Positions 20,289-30,331 of a DNA stretch of 64,000 nucleotides are shown here, in pieces. A model generated the notes under the pieces. It was not told the origin of the DNA, made no database searches, and saw only the letters and a list, made by a program, of their open reading frames with translations. Every line of letters begins with the position of its first letter. Within the stretch, counting starts at the first letter, position 1. Origin of the DNA: a virus (Duplodnaviria; Heunggongvirae; Uroviricota; Caudoviricetes); IMG/VR virus record IMGVR_UViG_3300042549_003167, one strand, 5' to 3'. Made by a program: the position numbers and the translations under genes.

Positions 20289-21839
20289 TTATAATGAACA
20301 AGCTCCATTACAAGTTGTGGCAGATGGAAGAGTAAGTAATACTGCAGGACTACCTGGACTAGTTGATTGTGTTATTTGATAAACGAATCCACTAAAGCTT
20401 GCATCTGCATAGAATCTATTTATTATAACAGAAGTTCCAGTTGGAAACGCAACTAATACATTTGTACTTGTTATATTACAACCTGAACAATTATATTCAT
20501 CTGCTAAATAATAATCATAATTTGGATTTGCTGTGGTAGATGTTGTAGTTGTAGTGGGACCAGGAGCACTAAAAGATCTTGACTTACTTAATCCTCCAAA
20601 AGTATAAGCTGTTGGAATAGATACTGTTGTCCAAGTTAACCAGTTAGTTGTAGTAGTTATTTGAGCACTGTCTATATATGTTATCAATGCATAAGTTCCA
20701 TCTGAGTTAACAAATACTCCTCCTGGTGTTTGTCCTATTCCTGGAACTGGTAAATTAGTATTAAAATAATCAGCAAAATCAGAACCATAATTTGTAGAGT
20801 AGCGAAATTGATTTAATGTATTATTAGTATTGATTAATGCTACTAGCATGTATTGTCCATCCTGAGACATATCACAATACAAAGCTCTAAAGTCCTCATT
20901 ATAATGCTTTTCAATAAATGATCCACCATAGTTAGAAGATGTATATATCCTTCCTTCTCCATTTACGTTACCTGTACCAAATGAAGATTGTTGTGATAAT
21001 AATTGATATTGTCCTGAAGTATTTATGGCTACATCTGTCCAGTAACTGTTAGCAAAATTATTAACACTAAATGATGCTCCATAATTAGAAGACTTAAATA
21101 TTCTAGATCCCCAAGCAAAGCTTCCAGTTTGTAAGTTTCCAATAGCTGTAACATATATACCATCTCCAGAACATGCTATTTTTGGATAAGGAAGTTGTGT
21201 TAGTTGACCAAAACCAGTAACAGGAAAATAGTAAATATTAGTCCAAGTAACTCCATAATCAGATGATTTGCATATAGTAAATGCTGAGGCACTAAATGCA
21301 ACTATATACATATATTGCCCACTATCTGAAACACATGTTCCAGGCATATCATAAACTGAACCTGGTGTTAATGACATTGTACATGAACGTGAAACAAATG
21401 TCACCCCATAATCACTTGATACTTTTATATCATTAGTTTGTGTACCTGATAATACGTATTGTCCTGCACCACTTCTAGAAACACTATATCCAGCAGAAAT
21501 AGGATTTGACCATGTTGAACCTAAGTCATTTGAATATATTACAGTTCCATATGTTGGTGCACCTGGTGGAGTGTAAGGATTTGTATCATCAATTGCATAT
21601 ATTCTATTAGAATATGAAAGAGGTTGCAAATCATTTTTAACAACTAATTGATTAGCAGATTTACTAGAAAAGCTTGGATAGGAAGTATCTATGGCAACAT
21701 AAGATGATGCCTCAGTTTTAGTTATTTGTTTTTGACTTACAGGAATAGTGGAAAGAGGAATAAATACACCAGTAGTTACTCCATCCTGAAGATTATTACA
21801 AGAAACTGTTTGATTACTTGCTATACCTGACCAACTCAT
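20289..21839 (-). CDS. BNR/Asp-box repeat beta-propeller protein (516 aa), with a poly-Thr linker; likely receptor-binding or glycosidase-like tail protein
   Basis: Six S-x-D/N-x-G-x-T/S-W/F repeats: SNDLGSTW, SSDYGVTF, SSDYGVTW, SSNYGASF, SSNYGGSF, STNYGSDF. A poly-Thr linker (TTTTTSTT) follows. Confidence 0.65.
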   Translation of the reverse strand: MSWSGIASNQTVSCNNLQDGVTTGVFIPLSTIPVSQKQITKTEASSYVAIDTSYPSFSSKSANQLVVKNDLQPLSYSNRIYAIDDTNPYTPPGAPTYGTVIYSNDLGSTWSNPISAGYSVSRSGAGQYVLSGTQTNDIKVSSDYGVTFVSRSCTMSLTPGSVYDMPGTCVSDSGQYMYIVAFSASAFTICKSSDYGVTWTNIYYFPVTGFGQLTQLPYPKIACSGDGIYVTAIGNLQTGSFAWGSRIFKSSNYGASFSVNNFANSYWTDVAINTSGQYQLLSQQSSFGTGNVNGEGRIYTSSNYGGSFIEKHYNEDFRALYCDMSQDGQYMLVALINTNNTLNQFRYSTNYGSDFADYFNTNLPVPGIGQTPGGVFVNSDGTYALITYIDSAQITTTTNWLTWTTVSIPTAYTFGGLSKSRSFSAPGPTTTTTSTTANPNYDYYLADEYNCSGCNITSTNVLVAFPTGTSVIINRFYADASFSGFVYQITQSTSPGSPAVLLTLPSATTCNGACSL

Positions 21840-23521
21840 TATTTATTTAATTTAGCTTCTAACTCAGCAATACGTTTTTCTAGTTGAGCAATCTTCCAAC
21901 TATGTACTTGTGTATAATCCACTACTAAGAAACCATCTTGTTTTTCTTCTACAGCATCAGGTAATACATTCTGTACTTCTTGAGCAATATATCCCCAATG
22001 AGTTTTATTATCTCTTTCTTCATCTTTCCAAGTGAATGCTACAGTTTCTACATTGTTTGATGGAATAGCTGTAATTATATCTTTAAGTCTTAAGTCAGAG
22101 TTTTGGAAGAAAGAATCTGCATATATTGAACTACCACTTACAAACACACTTGAGTTTGTAAATCCAGAGTTTGCGTTAGTACATATAACTATTGCTCCTG
22201 CAGTTGCTGGAGAGATAGTTGTAAATCCAGGACCTGTTGGGCCAGTAGGGCCAGTTGGACCTATAGGACCAGGGCCACCAGGAGTACCTGGACTACCTGT
22301 TGGTCCAGGACCACCAGGAGTACCTGCTGGACCTGTTGGGCCTGGATTACCTGTAAGTCCTGTTGGACCTATACCTCCTGTTGGGCCTGTAGGACCAGTA
22401 GGTCCAGCAGCTCCACTAGTTCCACTAGAACCATTGCTACCAGGGCTACCAGGAGTTCCACTACCACCAGAAGTACCACTTGTACCTGTACTAGTTCCAC
22501 TAGAAGCAGATGTACCTGCACTAGCTGATGTACCAGCTGTAGCTGAAGAACCTGAGGTTCCATTAGTACCAGCTGTGCCAGCTGTTCCTGATGAACCAGA
22601 ACTTGCAGATGTTCCTGATGAAGCACTAGATCCACTAGTTCCTGCAGTTGCAGATGTACCTGATGAACCAGAGGTACCACTTGATCCGTTACCACCAGCA
22701 GCTCCAAATAAGTTTACAGTCCAAACTGCATATGTTCCTGAACCTGTTGTTGATGCTACATTAACAACCATAACACCTGTAAGGCTATCATAGCTTGTAA
22801 CAGAACCTTGCATTGTATTAGATACATCATATGTCAAAAGCACTGTCTGAACAATACTATAAGCTAATCCTGTATCAATAGTTAAAGTTTGAGTTCCAGT
22901 TCCTATTGTTAAAGATGTGACAGAAGATGATAGATATCTATCTCCATCTATACCAGCTGTACCTGATGTACCTGCTGGTCCTATTGAACCTGATGTACCA
23001 GACGTACCCATTGTACCATCTGCAGCAGATGTTCCTGAACTTCCTGAACTTCCAGAAAGACCAGAAGAAGCAGATGTACCAGCAGTTCCAGAAAGACCAG
23101 CAGAACCTGATGTACCATTAGAACCTTCTCTACCAGAACTTCCAGAGGTTCCACTAGAACCAGTTTCACCACTTGTGCCAGATGAACCAGCAGCACCACT
23201 AGCACCTGAGCTACCTGAAGTGCCAGATGAACCACCAGGTCCTGTAGCACCTGAACTACCAGATGTTCCAGAGCTTCCTGTTATACCACTAGAACCAGAA
23301 GTTCCAGAAGTACCATTAATACCAACAACACCATTACAAAGAGCATCATCTATTTTTGATAGAGCACAGTCTAAGTTATCTCCAGTGTGAATTCCTGAAC
23401 AAGGAAGGTTGGGTCCATTATATATAACATGAGCTGCTGTAGTTTCACAAAGAAGTGAACCACAGTTTTGACTAGGTTGATAATATGCGTTGTAACAAGG
23501 ATCTCCAGGATTGCAAGCCAT
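21839..23521 (-). CDS. Collagen-like tail fibre (560 aa) with C-terminal intramolecular-chaperone auto-processing (peptidase S74-like) domain
   Basis: Long G-X-Y tracts ([13 protein letters not shown]...; [37 protein letters not shown]...). The C-terminus reads [14 protein letters not shown]...[19 protein letters not shown], resembling the endosialidase/tail-spike S-D-x-R-L-K chaperone domain. Confidence 0.7.
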   Translation of the reverse strand: MACNPGDPCYNAYYQPSQNCGSLLCETTAAHVIYNGPNLPCSGIHTGDNLDCALSKIDDALCNGVVGINGTSGTSGSSGITGSSGTSGSSGATGPGGSSGTSGSSGASGAAGSSGTSGETGSSGTSGSSGREGSNGTSGSAGLSGTAGTSASSGLSGSSGSSGTSAADGTMGTSGTSGSIGPAGTSGTAGIDGDRYLSSSVTSLTIGTGTQTLTIDTGLAYSIVQTVLLTYDVSNTMQGSVTSYDSLTGVMVVNVASTTGSGTYAVWTVNLFGAAGGNGSSGTSGSSGTSATAGTSGSSASSGTSASSGSSGTAGTAGTNGTSGSSATAGTSASAGTSASSGTSTGTSGTSGGSGTPGSPGSNGSSGTSGAAGPTGPTGPTGGIGPTGLTGNPGPTGPAGTPGGPGPTGSPGTPGGPGPIGPTGPTGPTGPGFTTISPATAGAIVICTNANSGFTNSSVFVSGSSIYADSFFQNSDLRLKDIITAIPSNNVETVAFTWKDEERDNKTHWGYIAQEVQNVLPDAVEEKQDGFLVVDYTQVHSWKIAQLEKRIAELEAKLNK

Positions 23522-23542
23522 TTTATAATTAGTTTAATAAGA

Positions 23543-24631
23543 TTAAGGAATGTACATAATATAATATGAAGCTATGACAGGTTGAATATTTGCGTGAGCT
23601 GCCCCACCACCTGCATTAGCATTTGTAACACTTGTGCTTACGTCAACAGTAAGACTAACACTACTTGTAGTTTTAATATTTGATGAACTTTGACTACCAA
23701 TTACATTTGAACCATCTCCAGCACCTTTATTTAAATAACTAATAGTATGACTATGAGGATTAGGAGTTATTGACGCAGTAGATGTAGCAGTTGCACTATG
23801 TGAGTGAGAAGGCATCTGTGATGCAATAAGCGTCACTGTATTTGCTCCAGCTGTATTAAATATTGCATAGTTTGGATTACCAGGATTTGCAGGATTAACT
23901 GCAGCATCTAATGGACCACCTGGAACATTTTGAATAGCTCCAACAGCAACACGTCCTCTTCTATCAGGAGTACCATTTAAGCCATTGCATAGATTTACCT
24001 TATAGAAACCAGCAGAATTTAAGCCTGCACCTGTTCCATCAAAGTTAGTTAATGGTCCATAGTATTCATATGCTACATATGGAACCATTTTTAAATTTTG
24101 TTGGTTTGAACTACCACCTTGACTAGCTATATAAGCTGCAATCAAAGCATCTAAGTCTGCTAGCTTAACATAGTTTGTATCTACATCAAGTGTAAGAGCA
24201 GCAAGATCAGTGACAGTTAGACAAAGCTTATTTATAATAGCTTGGACAATAGCATGAGTGTCAGAAGAAGCTGTTACTCCTGTAAGACAATCTATTGTGT
24301 AATTAGCATTAAGTATAGTTAATATATCATCAATAGTAAATATTTGTGCTTGTAAGCTACATATAGCTGATACTGTAGCAGTAAATAACTCTTGAGTGTT
24401 TGGTGTATGAGCAGGTAAATATAAATCAACTATAGGACAAGATATATTTAATGCAATAGCATCTCCTTCTCCTGATAATAAAGGAACCAAAGCATTCATT
24501 ATGGCTTGTTCAACAGAAACTAAATTGTCTCCTGTTTCAACACCTAGTGCCTCATAGTTTATACCTGTATATCTAACACATTCATCAGATACTGTCTGAA
24601 CACATCCATTATAACAACTTTCGCAAGACAT
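23543..24631 (-). CDS. Tail fibre protein (362 aa) with C-terminal phage tail-collar domain
   Basis: The C-terminus ...NANAGGGAAHANIQPVIASYYIMYIP matches the tail-collar motif (GGxxAHNNxQP...Y.I). Confidence 0.6.
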   Translation of the reverse strand: MSCESCYNGCVQTVSDECVRYTGINYEALGVETGDNLVSVEQAIMNALVPLLSGEGDAIALNISCPIVDLYLPAHTPNTQELFTATVSAICSLQAQIFTIDDILTILNANYTIDCLTGVTASSDTHAIVQAIINKLCLTVTDLAALTLDVDTNYVKLADLDALIAAYIASQGGSSNQQNLKMVPYVAYEYYGPLTNFDGTGAGLNSAGFYKVNLCNGLNGTPDRRGRVAVGAIQNVPGGPLDAAVNPANPGNPNYAIFNTAGANTVTLIASQMPSHSHSATATSTASITPNPHSHTISYLNKGAGDGSNVIGSQSSSNIKTTSSVSLTVDVSTSVTNANAGGGAAHANIQPVIASYYIMYIP

Positions 24632-24639
24632 GGTTTAAT

Positions 24640-24915
24640 TTATTTATGAATTAACACTTTAACTCTACTCACCACCTGAGAGGTAGTGGGAAGTCCACAC
24701 ACCATAGCATAGGTGGGAGTACAAAGTCTATATGTTAATATTTGTTTGTAATGTAATAAATCATCAATTATCTCTCCAGGAATATAATTGTTCATGGAGA
24801 AGATAATATTATTATACTGGCGATTTGCCCAGTAAGTTAATCTTTCATCAATTTGTAATAGTGTAGCAGGGATGCTAGCATCAACTACACAATCTGTTAA
24901 TCTTGGTGATAACAT
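24640..24915 (-). CDS. Hypothetical protein (91 aa)
   Basis: ORF only. The start is uncertain because of overlap with the small Cys-rich ORF upstream. Confidence 0.3.
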   Translation of the reverse strand: MLSPRLTDCVVDASIPATLLQIDERLTYWANRQYNNIIFSMNNYIPGEIIDDLLHYKQILTYRLCTPTYAMVCGLPTTSQVVSRVKVLIHK

Positions 24916-25027
24916 CTTTTATTCTTTTTGTAGCGTTTTTAAGTTTGTTGTTGCATGCTGAGCATAGGCCATTAATCAATTGACAGCCACAGCCCACCTT
25001 CATACCACATCCTCTACAGTTTGCCAT
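24881..25027 (-). CDS. Possible Cys-rich micro-protein (48 aa, zinc-ribbon-like)
   Basis: Manually translated MANCRGCGMKVGCGCQLINGLCSACNNKLKNATKRIKDVITKINRLCS. Its ATG lies 2 nt after the upstream stop. It overlaps the 91-aa ORF by 35 nt in another frame. Confidence 0.25.
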   Translation of the reverse strand: MANCRGCGMKVGCGCQLINGLCSACNNKLKNATKRIKDVITKINRLCS

Positions 25028-25028
25028 A

Positions 25029-25586
25029 TTAAGGGAAATTAATTACATAGTTGTTTCCTGTACAACCACATTGGTTTGCAATAAAATAATCCAATTGTCT
25101 ATTGGCTTGGACATATAATTTATTGGCTGTATCAATAGCACAGTTATTAGCTGCTGCTATAGAGCCTTGAATCATATACCAAATACTATTCAATACTACT
25201 TTTGACTGGGTTCTTATAGCTGAATCACATTCCATCATGTCAAGCTTCATAAATGCACTATCAAACTTTTCTTGAATAAGTTCAGTACGCATAATGTTCT
25301 TCTCTACATAATTTACATTAGCAGGAGCAACTGAATATTTCATGAAATAAATTCCATCAGGCAATGGTGTCACTGCTGGGAATGGACTTAATCCTAAAAT
25401 AATTGAGTTGTAAACATTAAAGCTATTCACATTGAATGGAATAGAAACAGGTGTAGTAAAACCAGGAACAGTAATTTGCATAGTAGGAGCACTCACATTA
25501 GGTGGATCTGTATCATAAACAGATATATCAGCCACACCAAGTGTTTGTGTGTTATATGTGTTGATTACTAAAAAATCTAATATCAT
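25029..25586 (-). CDS. Hypothetical structural protein (185 aa)
   Basis: ORF in the head-tail joining region. Confidence 0.35.
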   Translation of the reverse strand: MILDFLVINTYNTQTLGVADISVYDTDPPNVSAPTMQITVPGFTTPVSIPFNVNSFNVYNSIILGLSPFPAVTPLPDGIYFMKYSVAPANVNYVEKNIMRTELIQEKFDSAFMKLDMMECDSAIRTQSKVVLNSIWYMIQGSIAAANNCAIDTANKLYVQANRQLDYFIANQCGCTGNNYVINFP

Positions 25587-25668
25587 GGTTTTTGATAATA
25601 AAAATGCCAGAGGATTTGAGATATCCTCTCACCCTCTGGCATAGGTTAATATGATGCTACTTTTATTC

Positions 25669-26829
25669 TTAAGGAATCAAAGTAGTTGTTGTTGAAGTAC
25701 TAGGCCATACAGTAGTTGTAGTGCTAGTAGTTGTGATACAAGCAGTATCTCCAGCCACAGCTCCTAAACCAGCTACTAATATAGCTTCAATTGCAGATGT
25801 TTGGTTCTCAGGAACAGCAATGATTACCATGCTATCTTCCATAATATAGTCACCCCATTGGTAAGCACTCTTATCATACTCATTGAATTTGATATAGTAC
25901 AAATCATAGATCTGACCATCAGTTACCCAAGACTCAAAGTTCTCGTTGTAACCATTCATTCTGTAAAGATGCTTCAAGTAACCAGCTTGGTAACTATAGA
26001 AGTTCTTCTCTAATTGTTGAACCTCAGCAGAAGTACCAACAGCATAGTTAGAACGTTGTGTGATTACTGGAGTAGCAACTCTATTACAAGGATCGTCAAC
26101 AATGAAGTCAGCAGTTGTAGCTGGACCAGAGAAGATGAAAGTTCTAAAGTAGAATCTGTCATACTCAAAAGGGAATGCAGCAACGTCACAAGGTTGTCCA
26201 TAAGCAGTCAAAGGTTTACCACTGATACGTAATAATGCACTTTGATCATCACCAATTCTTTGGAATTGATAGAACTGAGTCAAATAAATGTTGTCTGGGT
26301 TGTCACCAGGTGCACGAGATTCTAACTTTAAGATTAATTCATCAATTAAAGCAGGAACATCAACGTCTGTACAAGGATCATCACCACATCCAAGACATGG
26401 AGCATTAACTGTTACAGAACGAGTGAAACCATTGAAATACAATGTGTTTAAGTAGCTAGAGAAACCACGTAAAGTTAATGTTACAATCTCACCAGGTTTT
26501 ACTGTGAAGTCAACTACATCAGTTACTTGATTCACTGGAGTAGGACAACCTAAAGATTTGTACCATTCAGTTACGTTTGTTTTACAAGAGTTACCACTAG
26601 GACATCCAGCAATTTTGTCTGAACGCTTAGAACCTTGTAAGTAGGTGTTAACTCTACCTTGAGCTACATAAAAATAAGGGGCAGCAGCAATGTTACCAGC
26701 TGTGGCAACGCTATAGTCATTTAGGAATATTCCTACTTGACCTGCTGTTAAGTCTTGTGTTGATCCAGAGCTAGGTAATGTGTTTCCTACTGGTACAACA
26801 AAGAGGGTGGTTAGGGAAAAATCAGCCAT
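25669..26829 (-). CDS. Structural protein (386 aa) with C-terminal poly-Thr tail
   Basis: ORF whose C-terminus is TTTSTTTTVWPSTSTTTTLIP. It could be a tail tube or decoration protein, but no motif supports either. Confidence 0.4.
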   Translation of the reverse strand: MADFSLTTLFVVPVGNTLPSSGSTQDLTAGQVGIFLNDYSVATAGNIAAAPYFYVAQGRVNTYLQGSKRSDKIAGCPSGNSCKTNVTEWYKSLGCPTPVNQVTDVVDFTVKPGEIVTLTLRGFSSYLNTLYFNGFTRSVTVNAPCLGCGDDPCTDVDVPALIDELILKLESRAPGDNPDNIYLTQFYQFQRIGDDQSALLRISGKPLTAYGQPCDVAAFPFEYDRFYFRTFIFSGPATTADFIVDDPCNRVATPVITQRSNYAVGTSAEVQQLEKNFYSYQAGYLKHLYRMNGYNENFESWVTDGQIYDLYYIKFNEYDKSAYQWGDYIMEDSMVIIAVPENQTSAIEAILVAGLGAVAGDTACITTTSTTTTVWPSTSTTTTLIP

Positions 26830-26855
26830 TTTGCTTTATATTTAATTGTTAAAAA

Positions 26856-27587
26856 TTATTCGTTTGTTTGTATTCTGTAAATTGAGCTTTGAACAGCACT
26901 TTGGTTTTCTGTATACATAGCCAAGTTTTGTACTGTAAGATCTAATAGTTCATCTTCTAGGTATAGTTCAAGTTCGCAATCCTGATCGAATGATGGTAAT
27001 CCATCAAGCATGATATATCCTGCCTTATTTATATATTGAGGATATCTCATGTAAGACATATATATATCCTTAGGTATAAACGTACCATCTGTAAATATAG
27101 AGATCTCATCAGAAGATATAAAGTTGAATGTCTCTTGATATTCAAAAGAGGGTCTATAGTGAGTGTTGTTTAAGCAAAACTGTAAGTCACCATGCTTAGC
27201 CAAGTCTCTATTAATCCATATCTTTCTATCTGTACATCTTCCTTTGTCAGCTAATATATAACTATCTATGTAGAACATGTACTGAGGTACAAGGAGATGA
27301 ACGTTTGCAAACCATTGATTTAGTTCAGCATTCTTCAATGCTAGGGTAAGTGGTTGGTGATTGTAAGGCTGTACAAGACTTTGTAAGTCTTCATAACGCT
27401 TCTTAAACGCATCCATACCTAATCCAGAAACTGTACTAAACCCATCAACTTTTTGCTTTATCAATTTGATTTGAGCTTCATTCAATGCTAGAATTTTATC
27501 TTCTACAGGAATTTCTTGATGCTCGTTAGTGGATAGTTTATTTAGTTTCTGATCAATCTTATATAATAAACTATCTACTGGGATCAT
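26856..27587 (-). CDS. Hypothetical structural protein (243 aa)
   Basis: ORF with a 4-nt start/stop overlap with the upstream gene. Confidence 0.35.
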   Translation of the reverse strand: MIPVDSLLYKIDQKLNKLSTNEHQEIPVEDKILALNEAQIKLIKQKVDGFSTVSGLGMDAFKKRYEDLQSLVQPYNHQPLTLALKNAELNQWFANVHLLVPQYMFYIDSYILADKGRCTDRKIWINRDLAKHGDLQFCLNNTHYRPSFEYQETFNFISSDEISIFTDGTFIPKDIYMSYMRYPQYINKAGYIMLDGLPSFDQDCELELYLEDELLDLTVQNLAMYTENQSAVQSSIYRIQTNE

Positions 27588-28549
27588 ATTGCAGCTATTT
27601 TTTTACCTTTCAATTTACCTTCTAAAATTAATAATTGGTCTTGGTTATCTTCATCTGCTAAGAACTTCACTAAATCATCTTCATCTTTAGCTATTTCAAA
27701 CTCACCTTCATAAATCTTACCATTAGGTTTAGCTCTATATACTGAGTGAGCAACAGCTTGTTTAACCAAGTCTTTAATATGGAGTAAGTTTTCTTTCATA
27801 TCTGCAAATCTGTTGAATACCTCAATTGGATTCAAACCTTGATATCTGCCATTCTTGAATTCAGTTTGTTTCAATAGGTTATCCACCTGATTGTAAACTG
27901 CTTCTTCTTTGGAATCATCTGACACTGGAAGACCAAGTAGACGAGCCACTTTCTTCTTCTTCTCAGGAGTCATACTATCAAACTTGACAATTGCTTTGTT
28001 GATAAGTTGTTTCTTCTTAAACATTACCTTGTTCTCAATATCATCATCAGCAACATAGTACTGAACATCAGCAGGGAATTCACCTCTCTCCCAAGCTTGG
28101 TAGCTAGAAGCAATTGTTGGATGAACTCTTAACCATGAGAATGCTAATTCTTGTAATGGTAATGTAAAGTCAAAATAGTTATCACCATCTAGTAACTTTA
28201 CTGGTTGAACGTGCAAAGAATCATCAACAGAAGTTGATAAGCCATAGTTCCAGAATTGAGAACGAGGACTTAAGTCAGCATTTAAAGCTGCTTGAAGTTT
28301 ATCTCTTAACTCTGTTACTCTTTCAATCTCCATCTCCTTTTCTAAAGGATCTTGGATTCTTTTGATGTAACTAGCGTTAGGATCTAAGCCTGTTCTATAC
28401 TGACCATCTAATTCTTTGTAAGGATATTTAAAAACTCCTGTACCAGGAATTCTTGTGTATCCTCTTGCTGCAAGTCCACCTTGCATCGTTTGCAATTGCG
28501 AGTTGTTGTACTCTTTCTTAATAGTAGAGATTTTTCCTATCTTACCCAT
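27584..28549 (-). CDS. Hypothetical structural protein (321 aa)
   Basis: ORF immediately downstream of the capsid gene. It could be a head completion or decoration protein. Confidence 0.35.
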   Translation of the reverse strand: MGKIGKISTIKKEYNNSQLQTMQGGLAARGYTRIPGTGVFKYPYKELDGQYRTGLDPNASYIKRIQDPLEKEMEIERVTELRDKLQAALNADLSPRSQFWNYGLSTSVDDSLHVQPVKLLDGDNYFDFTLPLQELAFSWLRVHPTIASSYQAWERGEFPADVQYYVADDDIENKVMFKKKQLINKAIVKFDSMTPEKKKKVARLLGLPVSDDSKEEAVYNQVDNLLKQTEFKNGRYQGLNPIEVFNRFADMKENLLHIKDLVKQAVAHSVYRAKPNGKIYEGEFEIAKDEDDLVKFLADEDNQDQLLILEGKLKGKKIAAI

Positions 28550-28640
28550 AATGTAGTTGTTTTGTTTGGTTTATTTGCAGATGGTTCCCATCGAAGGGAA
28601 CACTGTACAGCATTTACTTGTACATGTCCATCTGTGATTT

Positions 28641-28689
28641 AGAAGACTCCCCCACTGGGAGAGTGGGGGGAATGTCTTCTTAGTTTTTT
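28641..28689. promoter_or_regulatory. Compound hairpin in the capsid-gene 3' intergenic region: outer stem AGAAGAC/GTCTTCT, inner stem CCCCCACT/AGTGGGGG, followed by a T6 run on the plus strand
   Basis: Read directly from the sequence. Additional palindromes lie nearby: ACACCATTGGTGT (28695..28707), TTAAGGATACTATCCTTAA (28712..28730) and GTTCCC..GGGAAC (28584..28601). Confidence 0.45.
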
Positions 28690-28741
28690 GCGAAACACCA
28701 TTGGTGTCAGTCTAAGGATACTATCCTTAAAGGGGCATTTA

Positions 28742-30295
28742 TTAGAATTGAGGAATCTCTTCAATCAATACTGTACGAGATAAATCTTCGATAAATACAT
28801 CACAACGATCTTTCATCCAAATCTCATATCCAGGGAATTTATTTGCAGAACTCATACCTTGAGACTTAGCAAAGCCTAAGTGGTGACGAGTACCATCGAT
28901 ATAACCCCAAGTCATAGAAGGTGCACCCTTCATACGTACTTCACGAATATTATTGATCATAGAACCATCAGACATTGGAGATACATCAAACACCATAAAT
29001 ACTGGAGTTGATTTCTTGTTTTGTCCAAATTCTAAATTTGTTTGAGGTAAGTCTAATTCTTTCAAGTGAATTAATTCAACACGACCAGTCTCACGAGTTA
29101 CCATTGCATCGAATGCAAAGTTGTAAGTGATATGTTGACCTTCACCTTGCATGTATCTGTTACCAGAATCAGCCATGAAAGTAAGACCAGAATTCAAAGC
29201 ATCTGTTTTTAAAGCTTGTTGGAATACATCAAAGCCAGCTTCATTAGTGTACATTTTAACACGTCTGTCTTTAACATCCACACGTCTGTAGAATAAGTCA
29301 CCAAATACAGAACGAATTAAGTTCGCAGTGAACTCACCTCTGTTGTACTGCACTAAGTTACCATTGTTACGCATTCTGTGGTATACACCAGCAGATGTAC
29401 GCTTTAAGTTTTGTTGAGAACCATTAGTTTTTACAGTTCCAGGACGAGCCCAGATCATACGCTTAACTTTTAATTCTAACATAGACTTACGCATCCAGAA
29501 CTCAATAAATGGTTCCCACTTAACATCATTACGAGTTAAAGGTAATTGGTTACGTCTTTGAGGAGCATATACTAAGATATCTAAAGGTTTGCCAGAAGCA
29601 TCTCTCATCATCTTGTCATCAGCCCACTCAGTGATTTTGTGCTCATAACCATATGCAGAACCTAAAGATTCAAACATAGTGATTTGCTCACCTAAACGAG
29701 GAAGACCTAATAAGTCTTGGTCGAATTCACCAATCGCAGCATCAACTAACTCTAATTCCACACCCACTTGCAAGAAGATAGGGCTTACGAAATCTACAGT
29801 TGGGTTGTCACTCACTAAAGTGAAAGTGTATAAGAAACCTACGTTCCAAGGAACTGGATCTTTTACTACGTAAAAACGAGGACCATATTGACGTGTACCT
29901 ACAGAAATAATTGCGTTCTTAGAAAATTCATTAGTATCAAGAATTACTTGAAACTCTTGTCCATCAATACCAGGCTTGTTTAATTCCTGTGTAGAAGTTG
30001 GAACATCAATAAATTTTGGGAACTTGTAAGGTACTTGCACTTGCCATTTCCAAGCATCACTATTATTATCGATATAGTAAGGAGTAGACTTGTTAATCAT
30101 GTCTAAGAAGTCATTACTATAAAGAGAACTCTGAGTGTATAAGCTGATGATTTTCTTATCATAGTCAGCAGGCTCAGTTGAGTGAAAGCTCTCTAAATGG
30201 TTTGCGTCAGTCAATTTACCTACAGCACGCTTGTCCATAGAAGCTACTCTAGCATAGGTAAAACCAGTTAAACCTGGGATTGTTTGAATTGCCAT
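28742..30295 (-). CDS. Putative major capsid protein (517 aa)
   Basis: Positional call: directly downstream of the acidic scaffold-like gene and followed by a hairpin-rich 190-bp region. No motif-level confirmation. Confidence 0.5.
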   Translation of the reverse strand: MAIQTIPGLTGFTYARVASMDKRAVGKLTDANHLESFHSTEPADYDKKIISLYTQSSLYSNDFLDMINKSTPYYIDNNSDAWKWQVQVPYKFPKFIDVPTSTQELNKPGIDGQEFQVILDTNEFSKNAIISVGTRQYGPRFYVVKDPVPWNVGFLYTFTLVSDNPTVDFVSPIFLQVGVELELVDAAIGEFDQDLLGLPRLGEQITMFESLGSAYGYEHKITEWADDKMMRDASGKPLDILVYAPQRRNQLPLTRNDVKWEPFIEFWMRKSMLELKVKRMIWARPGTVKTNGSQQNLKRTSAGVYHRMRNNGNLVQYNRGEFTANLIRSVFGDLFYRRVDVKDRRVKMYTNEAGFDVFQQALKTDALNSGLTFMADSGNRYMQGEGQHITYNFAFDAMVTRETGRVELIHLKELDLPQTNLEFGQNKKSTPVFMVFDVSPMSDGSMINNIREVRMKGAPSMTWGYIDGTRHHLGFAKSQGMSSANKFPGYEIWMKDRCDVFIEDLSRTVLIEEIPQF

Positions 30296-30331
30296 TTGTT
30301 ATTCTTTTTTAATTTTTGTTATATAAATTGT

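Noticed and set aside
22032-23390. Long ORFs on both strands inside the collagen-like fibre gene (22032..22793+, 22369..22707-, 22917..23390+, 22927..23121+, 22981..23250-)
   Set aside because: They are artefacts of the repetitive GGN/NCC triplet DNA encoding G-X-Y repeats, giving Pro/Val/Leu-rich nonsense proteins. The minus-strand 560-aa frame has a coherent N-terminus, collagen tract and S74-like C-terminus.
28641-28689. Calling the big hairpin a canonical intrinsic terminator of the capsid operon
   Set aside because: The U-run follows the hairpin only on the plus strand, whereas the capsid gene is on the minus strand. It is therefore reported as a regulatory or structured element rather than a confirmed terminator.
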